NCBI RefSeq assembly: GCF_947581915.1
Contig: NZ_CANPWG010000038.1
Location: forward strand, 89,429-153,428
Reading direction: 5' to 3'
Length of the DNA: 64,000 nt
Origin: Candidatus Palauibacter scopulicola
GTDB lineage: Bacteria > Gemmatimonadota > Gemmatimonadetes > Palauibacterales > Palauibacteraceae
Shown here: in pieces, positions 21,458 through 29,810 of the stretch
How the letters are laid out: each line of letters opens with the position of its first letter
Position numbering within the stretch: position 1 is the first letter of the stretch
Notes under the pieces: generated by a model
Databases searched by the model: none
What the model was told of the DNA's origin: nothing
Seen by the model: the letters and a program-made list of their open reading frames with translations, nothing else
Position numbers and translations under genes: made by a program

Positions 21458-21586
21458 AGACCTTGCACGACCTGCCTGTTGGCATGCGCCACGGGCGCTT
21501 GGCTCCTGAGCGCCCCGGCGCTCGTTCGCGCGTGCCCCGGCGCGCGCGGTAGGATCAACAGCCTGCGGTAAGGAAAGGTTTGTCCG

Positions 21587-22585
21587 ATGCCTGGATCGGC
21601 GCTGCCGATCGAACCACAGCGAGACAGCGCGAGAGCGCGGAAGATCCACTCGCCCGCGCCCGCGTCGAACGGCGCGGGTCCGGCTGCGGAGCCGCGCGCG
21701 GATGCGCCCCTCGTGCGGCTGGACCACCTGGACACGCTCTGGTTTCAGGTGACCGGGACGATCTGCAACCTGCGCTGCGTCCACTGCTTCATCAGCTGTG
21801 CCCCGGACAACGACAGCTTCGAGTTTCTCTCCCTCGCCGAGGTCGAGGACTGGCTCGGGCGCTCCGAGAAGTGGGGCGTCAAGGAGTACTACTTCACCGG
21901 CGGCGAGCCCTTCATGCATCCCGACCTCCCCGCCATGCTGGAACGGACCCTGGAGCGGGGGCCCGCTTCCGTGCTGACGAACGGGACTCTGCTCCCCGCG
22001 CGGGCCCTGAAGCCCATCGCCCGGACCGCCCGCGCGGCGAGCTACTCGCTCGAGATGCGCGTTTCCCTCGACGGGCCGTCGCCCGAGACGAACGACCCCA
22101 TCCGGGGCGCGGGCACCTTCGATCGCGCGATGGACGGCGTCCGGAAGCTGCTCGCCGAGGGATTCCTTCCGATCATCACCGCGACGCAGGTATGGGAACC
22201 GGAACGGGATGAAGAGGTTCGACAAGCCTTCGTCGCACGGCTTCGGTCGCTCGGGTACGAGAACCCGCGGCTCAAGATTCTCCCGTCGCTCCGCATCGGA
22301 CGCGAAGCCGACCGGGTGCGCCCCTATGCGGATGAGGAGCGCGTGACGGAGGCGATGCTGGAGGGATACGACGAGAACCAGCTGCTCTGCGCGTCGAGCC
22401 GGGTAGTGACGAACCGCGGCATCTACGCCTGTCCCATCCTCATCGAGACGCCCGCGGCGCGCATGGGTTCGACGCTCGAAGAGGCGTCCCGCCCGGTGCG
22501 GCTCGGCGAGTCCGCGTGCCACACGTGCTGGCTGCACGGCGCGATCTGCTCCAACTACGGGGGCATCGGGCAGGATGTCTCCTGA
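21587..22585 (+). CDS. Radical SAM protein with C-terminal auxiliary Cys-rich (SPASM/twitch-like) domain; MoaA-like
   Basis: CNLRCVHC (CX3CX2C), GGEP motif (YYFTGGEPFMH). C-terminal cysteines: CASSRVVTNRGIYAC and CHTCWLHGAIC. GG near the C-terminus. AAGGAAAGG RBS upstream of the ATG. Confidence 0.75.
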   Translation: MPGSALPIEPQRDSARARKIHSPAPASNGAGPAAEPRADAPLVRLDHLDTLWFQVTGTICNLRCVHCFISCAPDNDSFEFLSLAEVEDWLGRSEKWGVKEYYFTGGEPFMHPDLPAMLERTLERGPASVLTNGTLLPARALKPIARTARAASYSLEMRVSLDGPSPETNDPIRGAGTFDRAMDGVRKLLAEGFLPIITATQVWEPERDEEVRQAFVARLRSLGYENPRLKILPSLRIGREADRVRPYADEERVTEAMLEGYDENQLLCASSRVVTNRGIYACPILIETPAARMGSTLEEASRPVRLGESACHTCWLHGAICSNYGGIGQDVS

Positions 22586-23378
22586 ACCGCGACGGATCGC
22601 CGTCTTCGGCGGCGTCTACAGCAATCACCTGGCGCTGGCGGCGGCAATTGAGGACGCGGCCTCCCGGGGGGCGGAAGCGATCTACTGCCTGGGCGACCTC
22701 GGGGCGTTCGGCCCCCACCCGGACCGGGTCTTTCCGCTCCTCATCGACCACGACGTTCGCGTTCTGCGCGGGAACTACGACGATTCGATCGCGCGCGGCC
22801 TCGATGATTGCCAGTGCGGCTACACCGACCCGCGCGACAACTACTTCGCCCGGCTCTCGTACCGCTACACGTTCCGGAACACGGACGAGCGGTGGCGCCG
22901 CTGGATGGGCCGCCTCCCCGGCGAGATCCGCCTCGAGGCGAACGGGACGCGGGTGCTCATGTGCCACGGCAGCCCCCGGCGCATGAACGAGTTCCTCTGG
23001 GAATCCGCGACCTCAACACAGTTTCTGGCCTGGCTCGCCGGCGAGTACGAGGCGGACATCGTGCTCGCGACCCATACCGGGATCCCTTGGCATCGCCCGC
23101 TGCCCGGCGGCGGATTCTTCGCCAACGTCGGCGTCCTGGGCAGGCCCGCGAACGACGGGCGGCCGGAGGTGTGGTACGCACTGCTCGATTTCGGCGCCGA
23201 CACGGGGGCGCCGCCGAGTCTCGAGTTCGTGCCGGTGAGCTACGATCACGAGCGCCTCGCCGGCGAGATGCGCGACGAAGGACTGCCGGAGGAGTTCGTG
23301 GAGACGATCGTCACGGGGTGGTGGACCACCTGCCTCGAGGTCCTCCCGGCCCGCGAACGCGCCCGCGGCCGGTTCTGA
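22575..23378 (+). CDS. Metallophosphoesterase (calcineurin-like; YfcE/MJ0936-like)
   Basis: Metal-binding motifs GDLGAFGP, GNYD, MCHGSP. Overlaps the radical-SAM gene by 11 nt. Confidence 0.75.
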   Translation: MSPEPRRIAVFGGVYSNHLALAAAIEDAASRGAEAIYCLGDLGAFGPHPDRVFPLLIDHDVRVLRGNYDDSIARGLDDCQCGYTDPRDNYFARLSYRYTFRNTDERWRRWMGRLPGEIRLEANGTRVLMCHGSPRRMNEFLWESATSTQFLAWLAGEYEADIVLATHTGIPWHRPLPGGGFFANVGVLGRPANDGRPEVWYALLDFGADTGAPPSLEFVPVSYDHERLAGEMRDEGLPEEFVETIVTGWWTTCLEVLPARERARGRF

Positions 23379-23510
23379 CGCACTCACCCGACCATATCTT
23401 TTGCGGCGCGGGCGATCCGCGTTATTTTCAATTCAGCGTCGGATGGTCCGCGCGCGACGGAGCCGGAATCGGGAGCCTGACCGGGTCGACGTCAGAGAGA
23501 GGAAGTTGCG

Positions 23511-24350
23511 ATGGATCGCGAGGGTTTGTCGCCGAACATCCTGGAACGTTACCTCGAGGAGCTGGGTCGTTATCCACTCCTGAGCCCCAGCGAGGAACGT
23601 GAGACCGCGCGCTCGGCTCGCAGCGGCGACTCCTCCGCCCTCGACCGCCTCATCCGCGCGAATCTCCGCTTCGTCATTTCCATCGCCCGACGATACCGCA
23701 ACAAGGGGCTGAGCTTCCTCGACCTGATTCAGGAGGGGAACGTCGGCCTGGTCATCGCTGCCCGGAAGTTCGACCCGGACCACGGCGTGAAGTTCATCAG
23801 CTACGCCGTGTGGTGGATCCGCCAGGCGATCCTGTCCGCCATCGCGAAGCAGGGCCGGCCGGTGCGGGTGCCTCTCAATCGGGCGAACGAGCTGGCGCGT
23901 ATGATCCGCGCGCGGGGTGAACTGCGTCAGACCCTCGACCGTGAGCCCAGCGATCGGGAGCTCGCCGAGGAGACGGGGTTGACGATGCCCACGGTCGCGC
24001 TGCTGCGGAGACTGAACGCGCGCGAGGTTCGACTCGACGCGCGGGTCGGGGCCGCCGACGACAGCGATCTCGCGGAGCGGTTCCTCGCGGACGAGACGGA
24101 TGTCGAGGAAGTCGTCGAGCAGCGCCTGCTGAAGCGGCACATCGCCGAGGGTCTGCGCCGGCTGCGGCCACGCGACGCGCGCGTGGTGCGGCTGTACTAC
24201 GGACTGCAGGGCGAAGACCCGCACACGCTGGAGCAGATCGGCCGCTTGCTGGGCGTGACGCGCGAACGCGTCCGGCAGCTCCGGGACCGGGCGCTCCGGG
24301 AGCTGCGGGAGGGCCCCGAGGGACAGAGCCTCGCCACCTTCGCGACCTAG
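23511..24350 (+). CDS. RNA polymerase sigma factor, sigma-70 family (group 2/3-like)
   Basis: Region 2 (DLIQEGNVGLVIAARKFD, ISYAVWWIRQAI) and region 4 (LEQIGRLLGVTRERVRQL). RBS GAGAGAGGAAG. Confidence 0.85.
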   Translation: MDREGLSPNILERYLEELGRYPLLSPSEERETARSARSGDSSALDRLIRANLRFVISIARRYRNKGLSFLDLIQEGNVGLVIAARKFDPDHGVKFISYAVWWIRQAILSAIAKQGRPVRVPLNRANELARMIRARGELRQTLDREPSDRELAEETGLTMPTVALLRRLNAREVRLDARVGAADDSDLAERFLADETDVEEVVEQRLLKRHIAEGLRRLRPRDARVVRLYYGLQGEDPHTLEQIGRLLGVTRERVRQLRDRALRELREGPEGQSLATFAT

Positions 24351-24484
24351 CAACCCGTGGCAAGACCCCGCGCGGCCGGCTTGAGGCGGCGGCGCTGACG
24401 CCGGTCGGGCTGGTTCAGCATCCCGACTGCAGCCGGCACGACACGGGCTGGGGTCACCCGGAGCACCAGGGACGGCTCCGCGCG

Positions 24485-25363
24485 GTGATGACCGCGCTCG
24501 AGCGGGCGCTGCCCGAGCTTCACGAGGATGTCCTCCCCGTCATGCCGTCGCCGGCCGAAGTCGCCGCACTGGAACGGGCCCACGCGCCGGGACATGTGGA
24601 ACGGGTGCGGGCGGTCTGCGACCGGTCCGTCGAGAGCGGAGGGATCGTGCGGATCGATCCCGATACGCCGGTCTCGCCGGGAAGCTGGGACGCCGCCGTC
24701 GCCGCGTCCGGGTGCGGAATCGCGGCGGTGGACGCGGTCCTCGACGGAACGTGCCGCGCGGCCTTCTGCGCCGTGCGCCCGCCGGGCCACCACGCGACCC
24801 CGGATCGGGCGATGGGCTTCTGCCTCTTCAACCACATCGCCGTGGCCGCCCGTCACGCCCTGACGCGGCCGGGAGTCGAGCGGGTTCTGATCGTGGACTG
24901 GGACGTGCACCACGGAAACGGGACCCAGGACATCTTCTACGACGACCCTTCCGTGTTCTTTCTCTCGATGCACCAGCACCCGCTCTTCCCCGGCACCGGA
25001 GCCGCCGGCGAACGGGGACGGGGAGCGGGAGAGGGGACGACGCTGAACCTGCCCATGCCCGCAGGGCTTCCGCCCGAACGCTACGTGCAGACGCTGCTCG
25101 ACGGCGTCGATCGCGCGCTGGCCCGCTTCGAGCCCGACCTCACGCTCATCTCCGCCGGGTTCGACGCGGGGGCGGAGGATCCGCTGGGAGGCTTCACCCT
25201 CACCCCGGCGCACTTCGACACGCTGACGCACGAGGTCGTCGGGCGGACGCGGGCCACGGCCCGAAACCGCGTGGTCTCCTTCCTCGAGGGCGGTTACAAT
25301 CCCGACGAACTGGGACGCAACGTCGTCTCGCACCTGACCGCCCTTCGCGACGCCACGGGCTGA
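24485..25363 (+). CDS. Histone deacetylase-family protein (AcuC/HDAC-like amidohydrolase); real N-terminus lies upstream
   Basis: Motifs RPPGHHA, DWDVHHGNGTQ, GGYN. Conserved N-terminal residues (GLVQHPDCSRHDTGWGHPE) are encoded in-frame upstream of the first GTG/ATG, back to about 24362. Confidence 0.75.
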   Translation: MMTALERALPELHEDVLPVMPSPAEVAALERAHAPGHVERVRAVCDRSVESGGIVRIDPDTPVSPGSWDAAVAASGCGIAAVDAVLDGTCRAAFCAVRPPGHHATPDRAMGFCLFNHIAVAARHALTRPGVERVLIVDWDVHHGNGTQDIFYDDPSVFFLSMHQHPLFPGTGAAGERGRGAGEGTTLNLPMPAGLPPERYVQTLLDGVDRALARFEPDLTLISAGFDAGAEDPLGGFTLTPAHFDTLTHEVVGRTRATARNRVVSFLEGGYNPDELGRNVVSHLTALRDATG

Positions 25364-25413
25364 CCGCCACGGACTGACCGCCACGGCGCGCCCCGCAGAA
25401 CAGGAGTCCGGCC

Positions 25414-26649
25414 TTGCCCGACCTCGATGCCACCTTCCTGGAGACCGCTTCCAGCGAACTCGAACGACAGGAAATCGACGCTTGGCTGCTGTACGACTTC
25501 CGGGCCCTCAATCCGCTGGCGGCGCACCTCGTCGGCCTGCCCGAAGGCCAGAAGCGCCGTTACTTCGTACTCGTCGAACCGGGGAAAACGCCGCACGCGC
25601 TCGTCCAGAAGATCGAGGTCTCCGGATGGGACGGTTGGCCGCACCGGCTCACGAGTTACGTCGGCTGGGACGAGATGGAGGCGGCGCTGCGCGAGATGCT
25701 GCGGGGCATGGATACGGTCGCGATGGAGGTGAGCCCGCGCGACTCGATCCCGTACGTGGACCACGTCCCCGCCGGCGTCGTCGAACTCGTCGAGTCGCTT
25801 GGCCCCCGGGTCGTGAGTTCGGTGGACCTGATCTCGGGGACGGCGGCCCAGTGGGGTGCCCACGGGCAAGCGCTGCACCACGCCGCGGCCGAGATCCTGG
25901 CCCGCACCGCGCGGACGGCGTTCGAACTGGCGGCGCGCGCGGCGGGGCTGACGCCCGAGGCGGACCCCGGGACGGCCGCCGCCTTCGAAACCTCCGGCGA
26001 GCCGACCCCGGCCACGGAGTACGATCTCGCCGAGTGGATCCGGGCGCGGCTGCGCGCCGAGGGCCTGACGGAGACGGACACGATCGTCGCGGTGGGGCCC
26101 AACGCCGCCAAGCCGCACTACGGACCTCCCGCCGAGGGATCGTCGGTCCTCGCGGCGGACCAGGTGTTCATGGTGGACCTGTGGGGGCGCGTGGCGGGGG
26201 AGCCCGACGCGGTCTTCGCCGACCAGACATGGATGGGTTTCCTGGGCCCGGAGCCGCCGGCCGAGGTGACCGCCGCCTGGGATGCGGTCGTCGCGGCCCG
26301 CGACGCGGCGGTCGAGGTCATCCGGCAGAACCCGGGCGCCACCGGCGCGGACGCGGACCGGGCGGCGCGAGAGACGCTGATCGAGCGCGGTTACGAGGAC
26401 GCCATCTTCCATCGCACGGGGCACGGGATCGACCGCGAACTCCACGGCGTCGGTCCCACCCTCGACAGCATCGAGATGCGCGACGACCGGCGGCTCGTGG
26501 CGGGCGTCGGCTTCTCCGTCGAGCCCGGCGTCTACCTGGAGGGACGCTTCGGCCACCGGACGGAGATCGATGTCTACATGCGCGAGGACGGGCCCGAGGT
26601 CACTCCGTCCCGCATCCAGTACGATCTCTGGCGGACGACCGGCGGATGA
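25414..26649 (+). CDS. M24-family metallopeptidase (Xaa-Pro aminopeptidase / creatinase-like)
   Basis: TTG start after CAGGAG. C-terminal pita-bread-fold motifs (HRTGHGIDRELHG, GFSVEPGVY). Confidence 0.75.
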   Translation: MPDLDATFLETASSELERQEIDAWLLYDFRALNPLAAHLVGLPEGQKRRYFVLVEPGKTPHALVQKIEVSGWDGWPHRLTSYVGWDEMEAALREMLRGMDTVAMEVSPRDSIPYVDHVPAGVVELVESLGPRVVSSVDLISGTAAQWGAHGQALHHAAAEILARTARTAFELAARAAGLTPEADPGTAAAFETSGEPTPATEYDLAEWIRARLRAEGLTETDTIVAVGPNAAKPHYGPPAEGSSVLAADQVFMVDLWGRVAGEPDAVFADQTWMGFLGPEPPAEVTAAWDAVVAARDAAVEVIRQNPGATGADADRAARETLIERGYEDAIFHRTGHGIDRELHGVGPTLDSIEMRDDRRLVAGVGFSVEPGVYLEGRFGHRTEIDVYMREDGPEVTPSRIQYDLWRTTGG

Positions 26650-27683
26650 GAATCTCGTGGGAGCCGTTCCACGTCGAGACGGCGCACCCCTTCGGCATCA
26701 GCCGCGGCGTGAAGACGGGCGACGACCTCGTGTGGGTGCGGCTGGAGCACGAGGGGATCGAGGGCTGGGGCGAGGCGGATCCGTCCGGGTACTACGGGGA
26801 GACCGCGGACACGGTGGAAGCCGCGCTGAGAAAGCTGGCCCCGCGGATCGAGGAGGTCGAAGACCCGTTCCGGCTCGAGAACATCGAGCGGGAACTCGCG
26901 AGCCTCCTCGGCCGCAACGGGTCGGCCCGCTGCGCCATCTCGTCGGCGCTCCACGACTGGGTCGGAAAGCGCGCCGGGCTTCCGCTCTGGAAGCTCTGGG
27001 GCCTGGACCCGGCCGACGCGCCGCTCAGTTCGTTCACGATCGGCATCGACGCCCCGGACGTCATGGCCCGGAAGACGCGCGAGGCCGAAGCGTGGCCCAT
27101 CCTCAAGATCAAGCTCGGGAGCAACGACGACGAAGCGCGACTGAGCGCCGTCCGCGGCGCGGCGCCCGACAAGACTCTGCGCGTGGACGCGAACGCGGCC
27201 TGGACGCCGGCGGAAGCCATCGAGGGGATCGCGATGTGCGCCGAGTACGGGGTGGAGTTCGTGGAGCAGCCGCTCCCGCCGACGGAGAACGACGAGTTGG
27301 CCTTCGTCCGCTCGCGCGCGGTTCTCCCCATCGTCGTGGACGAGTCGAGCATCGTGGCGAGCGACATCCCGCGACTCGACGGGCTCGTCGATGGCATCAA
27401 CATCAAGCTCGCCAAGTGCGGCGGTCCGCGAGAGGCGCTGCGCATGATCCACACCGCCCGCGCGTGCGGCCTTTCGGTGATGCTCGGGTGCATGCTCGAG
27501 ACGAGCCTCGGGATCGCGCCCGCGGCGCACCTGGCCTCGCTCGTGGACTACGCCGACCTGGATGGCGCCGCGCTCCTCCGGTCCGATCCGTTCACGGGCC
27601 CGCGCCTGGAGGAGGGTCGCATCGTCCTGACCGACGGTCCGGGGCTCGGTGTCGAGCGCGCCGCCGCGGGGGCGCCCGCCTGA
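26646..27683 (+). CDS. Dipeptide epimerase (enolase superfamily, L-Ala-D/L-Glu epimerase-like)
   Basis: ATG overlaps the M24 stop (ATGA). MR/MLE-family motifs (KIKLG, LRVDANAAW, VEQPL, DES, KLAKCGG). Confidence 0.75.
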   Translation: MRISWEPFHVETAHPFGISRGVKTGDDLVWVRLEHEGIEGWGEADPSGYYGETADTVEAALRKLAPRIEEVEDPFRLENIERELASLLGRNGSARCAISSALHDWVGKRAGLPLWKLWGLDPADAPLSSFTIGIDAPDVMARKTREAEAWPILKIKLGSNDDEARLSAVRGAAPDKTLRVDANAAWTPAEAIEGIAMCAEYGVEFVEQPLPPTENDELAFVRSRAVLPIVVDESSIVASDIPRLDGLVDGINIKLAKCGGPREALRMIHTARACGLSVMLGCMLETSLGIAPAAHLASLVDYADLDGAALLRSDPFTGPRLEEGRIVLTDGPGLGVERAAAGAPA

Positions 27684-27700
27684 ACGATCGAACGCCCGCG

Positions 27701-28351
27701 GTCAAGATCTGCTGCATCGAGAGCCCCGGGGAGGCCGAGCTCGCCGCCCGGTGCGGGGCGACGGCGATCGGGCTCGTGTCGGCGATGCCGAGCGGGCCGG
27801 GGGTCATCGAGGAAGCCGCGATCCGCCGCATCGTGGCCGGGGCCCCGCCCGGCGTCGCGACCTTCCTGCTCACGTCGCGGACGGACCTCGGGGAGATCGT
27901 GGATCAGCAGCGCCGGACCCGGGCCGACACGCTCCAGCTCGTGGACCGGGTGGCGCCCGACGCGCTCCGCGGCCTGCGCCGCCGGCTGCCGGGCGTCTCG
28001 CTCGTTCAGGTCGTCCACGTCCGGGGAGAGCACTCCGTGGAAGAGGCGGTCGCGGTGGCGCCGCTCGTCGACGCGGTCCTGCTCGACTCGGGGGACCCGG
28101 ACCTCCCCGTGCGGCAACTCGGGGGCACGGGTCGCGTCCACGACTGGAGCCACAGCCGCGCCATCGTCGAGCGGGCCGGCTGCCCGGTCTACCTCGCGGG
28201 CGGCCTCCGTCCAACCAACGTGGCCGCGGCCGTGCGCGCGGTCCGTCCCTTCGGCGTGGACGTCTGCTCGGGGGTGAGAACGGACGGGCGGCTCGACGAG
28301 AGGCTGCTGCGACGCTTCATGCGCGCCGCGCGAGGCGGCCGGGACGGGTAG
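27701..28351 (+). CDS. trpF: Phosphoribosylanthranilate isomerase; start codon uncertain
   Basis: VKICCIESPGEA...LAGGL matches TrpF. No ATG/GTG/TTG at the conserved N-terminus. The first canonical in-frame starts are GTG 27776 and ATG 27785. Confidence 0.65.
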   Translation, partial: VKICCIESPGEAELAARCGATAIGLVSAMPSGPGVIEEAAIRRIVAGAPPGVATFLLTSRTDLGEIVDQQRRTRADTLQLVDRVAPDALRGLRRRLPGVSLVQVVHVRGEHSVEEAVAVAPLVDAVLLDSGDPDLPVRQLGGTGRVHDWSHSRAIVERAGCPVYLAGGLRPTNVAAAVRAVRPFGVDVCSGVRTDGRLDERLLRRFMRAARGGRDG

Positions 28352-28381
28352 CCGGTCGGGGCGCCGCCGCCGGCGGGTGGC

Positions 28382-29794
28382 TTAGTCCGTCCGCACCAGG
28401 GCGCCGCGCCGGCACGCGAGGGCGAGTTCCTCCGTCTCCGACGCCTCGCACGCCTCGCGCCGCGCGGCTTCGTCCGCGTAGAGCGAGTACAGCGCCTCTC
28501 CCATCGCCTGGTGACACCGCGGCTTGGCCGACTCTTCGAGCGCGCGGCAGAACGAGAACCCGGCGTCCGTCGTCGCGGTCACGTCCACGAAGTTCCTGAC
28601 GGCGCCCACGTAGCACCACACGCGCCACTCCTCCGGCGACTTCCGGCACTCGCGGCGTGCATCGTCCTCGTCCTGCAGCGTGCGGCCGCTGATGTCGCGG
28701 CCGAGGCTCATGAAGCAGTCGTCTCGCCAGCCGTCGGGCGCGTCGAGGCAGGAGGAGGCCGCGTCCGCGACGTCCCAGTCGTTGTGCCAGAGCATGGCGG
28801 ATGTCTGCATCTGGTAACAGGACATCAGGTACTTCTCGTCCAGAATCGAGCAGGGATAATGCGGGTCGTCGGCACGCAGCGGCTCGAAGGCTTCGAAGCC
28901 CTCGGCCAGCGCCATCACGCCGTGGTCGTGCGCGCCCGCGCCATGGGCCGAGGCCTCGGCCCCTTCGCCCGCCCCGTCCTCCGAGGCGCTTCCGGCGGAC
29001 ACGAGCGTGGCGGCCGGATGGTGAGGAGCGACCGCGTTAACCACGTTCTCCATGAACGCCCCGCCGTAGCACGAATTCCGGTTCCACTCGTTCGTCAGCA
29101 GGTCGCAGCCGTCGAGGGCCGTGAGAAGGTGGTGGCCGTAGTACATCGTGAGACCGTGTCCGAGCCCGTGCAGGCACTGGAAGAGCAGCCAGCGGTCGGC
29201 AGGGTCCGTTTCGTAGGGCGCGCAGAGCGCGGCGACCATCTCCGCGTTCGGTTCGCCCATCGCGATGAAGTAGGCCTGGACGACGCCGTGGTAGCACCCG
29301 GACTGGAAGGCCTCCGTACACTCCTCGAAGACGTCTGTGAAGGTCTCTCCGGGCGCGTAGGCGTTGATGCCGATCGCATGAGTGAGGACGTGGGCCTGTG
29401 CCTGAGCCGTCCTGTCCGCGGCGGCCAGCGACTCGAGCATCTCCAGCGCCGCGCCCGCCCCGACCGCGGCGAGTTCGTCGAGAAGCCGGGCTTCATAGCA
29501 CTCCTGCTTCTCCTCCCACGCCAAATCGCGGCACGCCTCGAACGCGGCCGCAGCCTCGGCCGAAGCGATGGGTGGCAGCGATGCCCCCCCGCAGCTCGTC
29601 GCCGCGATCCCGATCGCCATGACAAGCCCCGGCAGCCCCCGGCTCCGGGCGTGACGGCGCCGGTGGACTCCCGCGGACACGGCGGTCCGCGATCCTGGTT
29701 CCCTCATTTCCTCTCCCTCGTCTTGCACCGGCCCCGGCGGGTGGAATGCGGGGCACAACTTGACGGAGCGCGATCCTCCCAACAAGCGAAGCAC
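28382..29794 (-). CDS. Hypothetical Cys- and His-rich repeat lipoprotein
   Basis: Lipobox (IAATSCGG). About 8 degenerate repeats built around C-[YFH]-x-G or C-x-x-[AM]. His-rich segment (HGAGAHDHG). About 24 Cys. Confidence 0.5.
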   Translation of the reverse strand: MLRLLGGSRSVKLCPAFHPPGPVQDEGEEMREPGSRTAVSAGVHRRRHARSRGLPGLVMAIGIAATSCGGASLPPIASAEAAAAFEACRDLAWEEKQECYEARLLDELAAVGAGAALEMLESLAAADRTAQAQAHVLTHAIGINAYAPGETFTDVFEECTEAFQSGCYHGVVQAYFIAMGEPNAEMVAALCAPYETDPADRWLLFQCLHGLGHGLTMYYGHHLLTALDGCDLLTNEWNRNSCYGGAFMENVVNAVAPHHPAATLVSAGSASEDGAGEGAEASAHGAGAHDHGVMALAEGFEAFEPLRADDPHYPCSILDEKYLMSCYQMQTSAMLWHNDWDVADAASSCLDAPDGWRDDCFMSLGRDISGRTLQDEDDARRECRKSPEEWRVWCYVGAVRNFVDVTATTDAGFSFCRALEESAKPRCHQAMGEALYSLYADEAARREACEASETEELALACRRGALVRTD

Positions 29795-29810
29795 GAGTTC
29801 GATGGCCCGC

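Noticed and set aside
21587-22585. Bona fide MoaA (GTP 3',8-cyclase) or a SPASM-type RiPP maturase
   Set aside because: I did not call it either way. There are no moaC/moaD/moaE neighbours and it has extra C-terminal cysteines. Against a RiPP maturase, there is no small precursor ORF in the flanks (the only ORF in the 130-nt upstream gap is 8 codons). It is retained as MoaA-like radical SAM of unknown function.
23401-23427. TTGCGG-15 nt-TTATTT as a promoter for the sigma-factor gene
   Set aside because: The 15-nt spacer and weak hexamers make this no better than chance in the only AT-richer stretch of that spacer.
24347-25384. 345-aa minus-strand ORF opposite the HDAC-like gene
   Set aside because: The plus-strand frame carries the HDAC catalytic motifs (DWDVHHGNGTQ). 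The minus-strand product is low-complexity.
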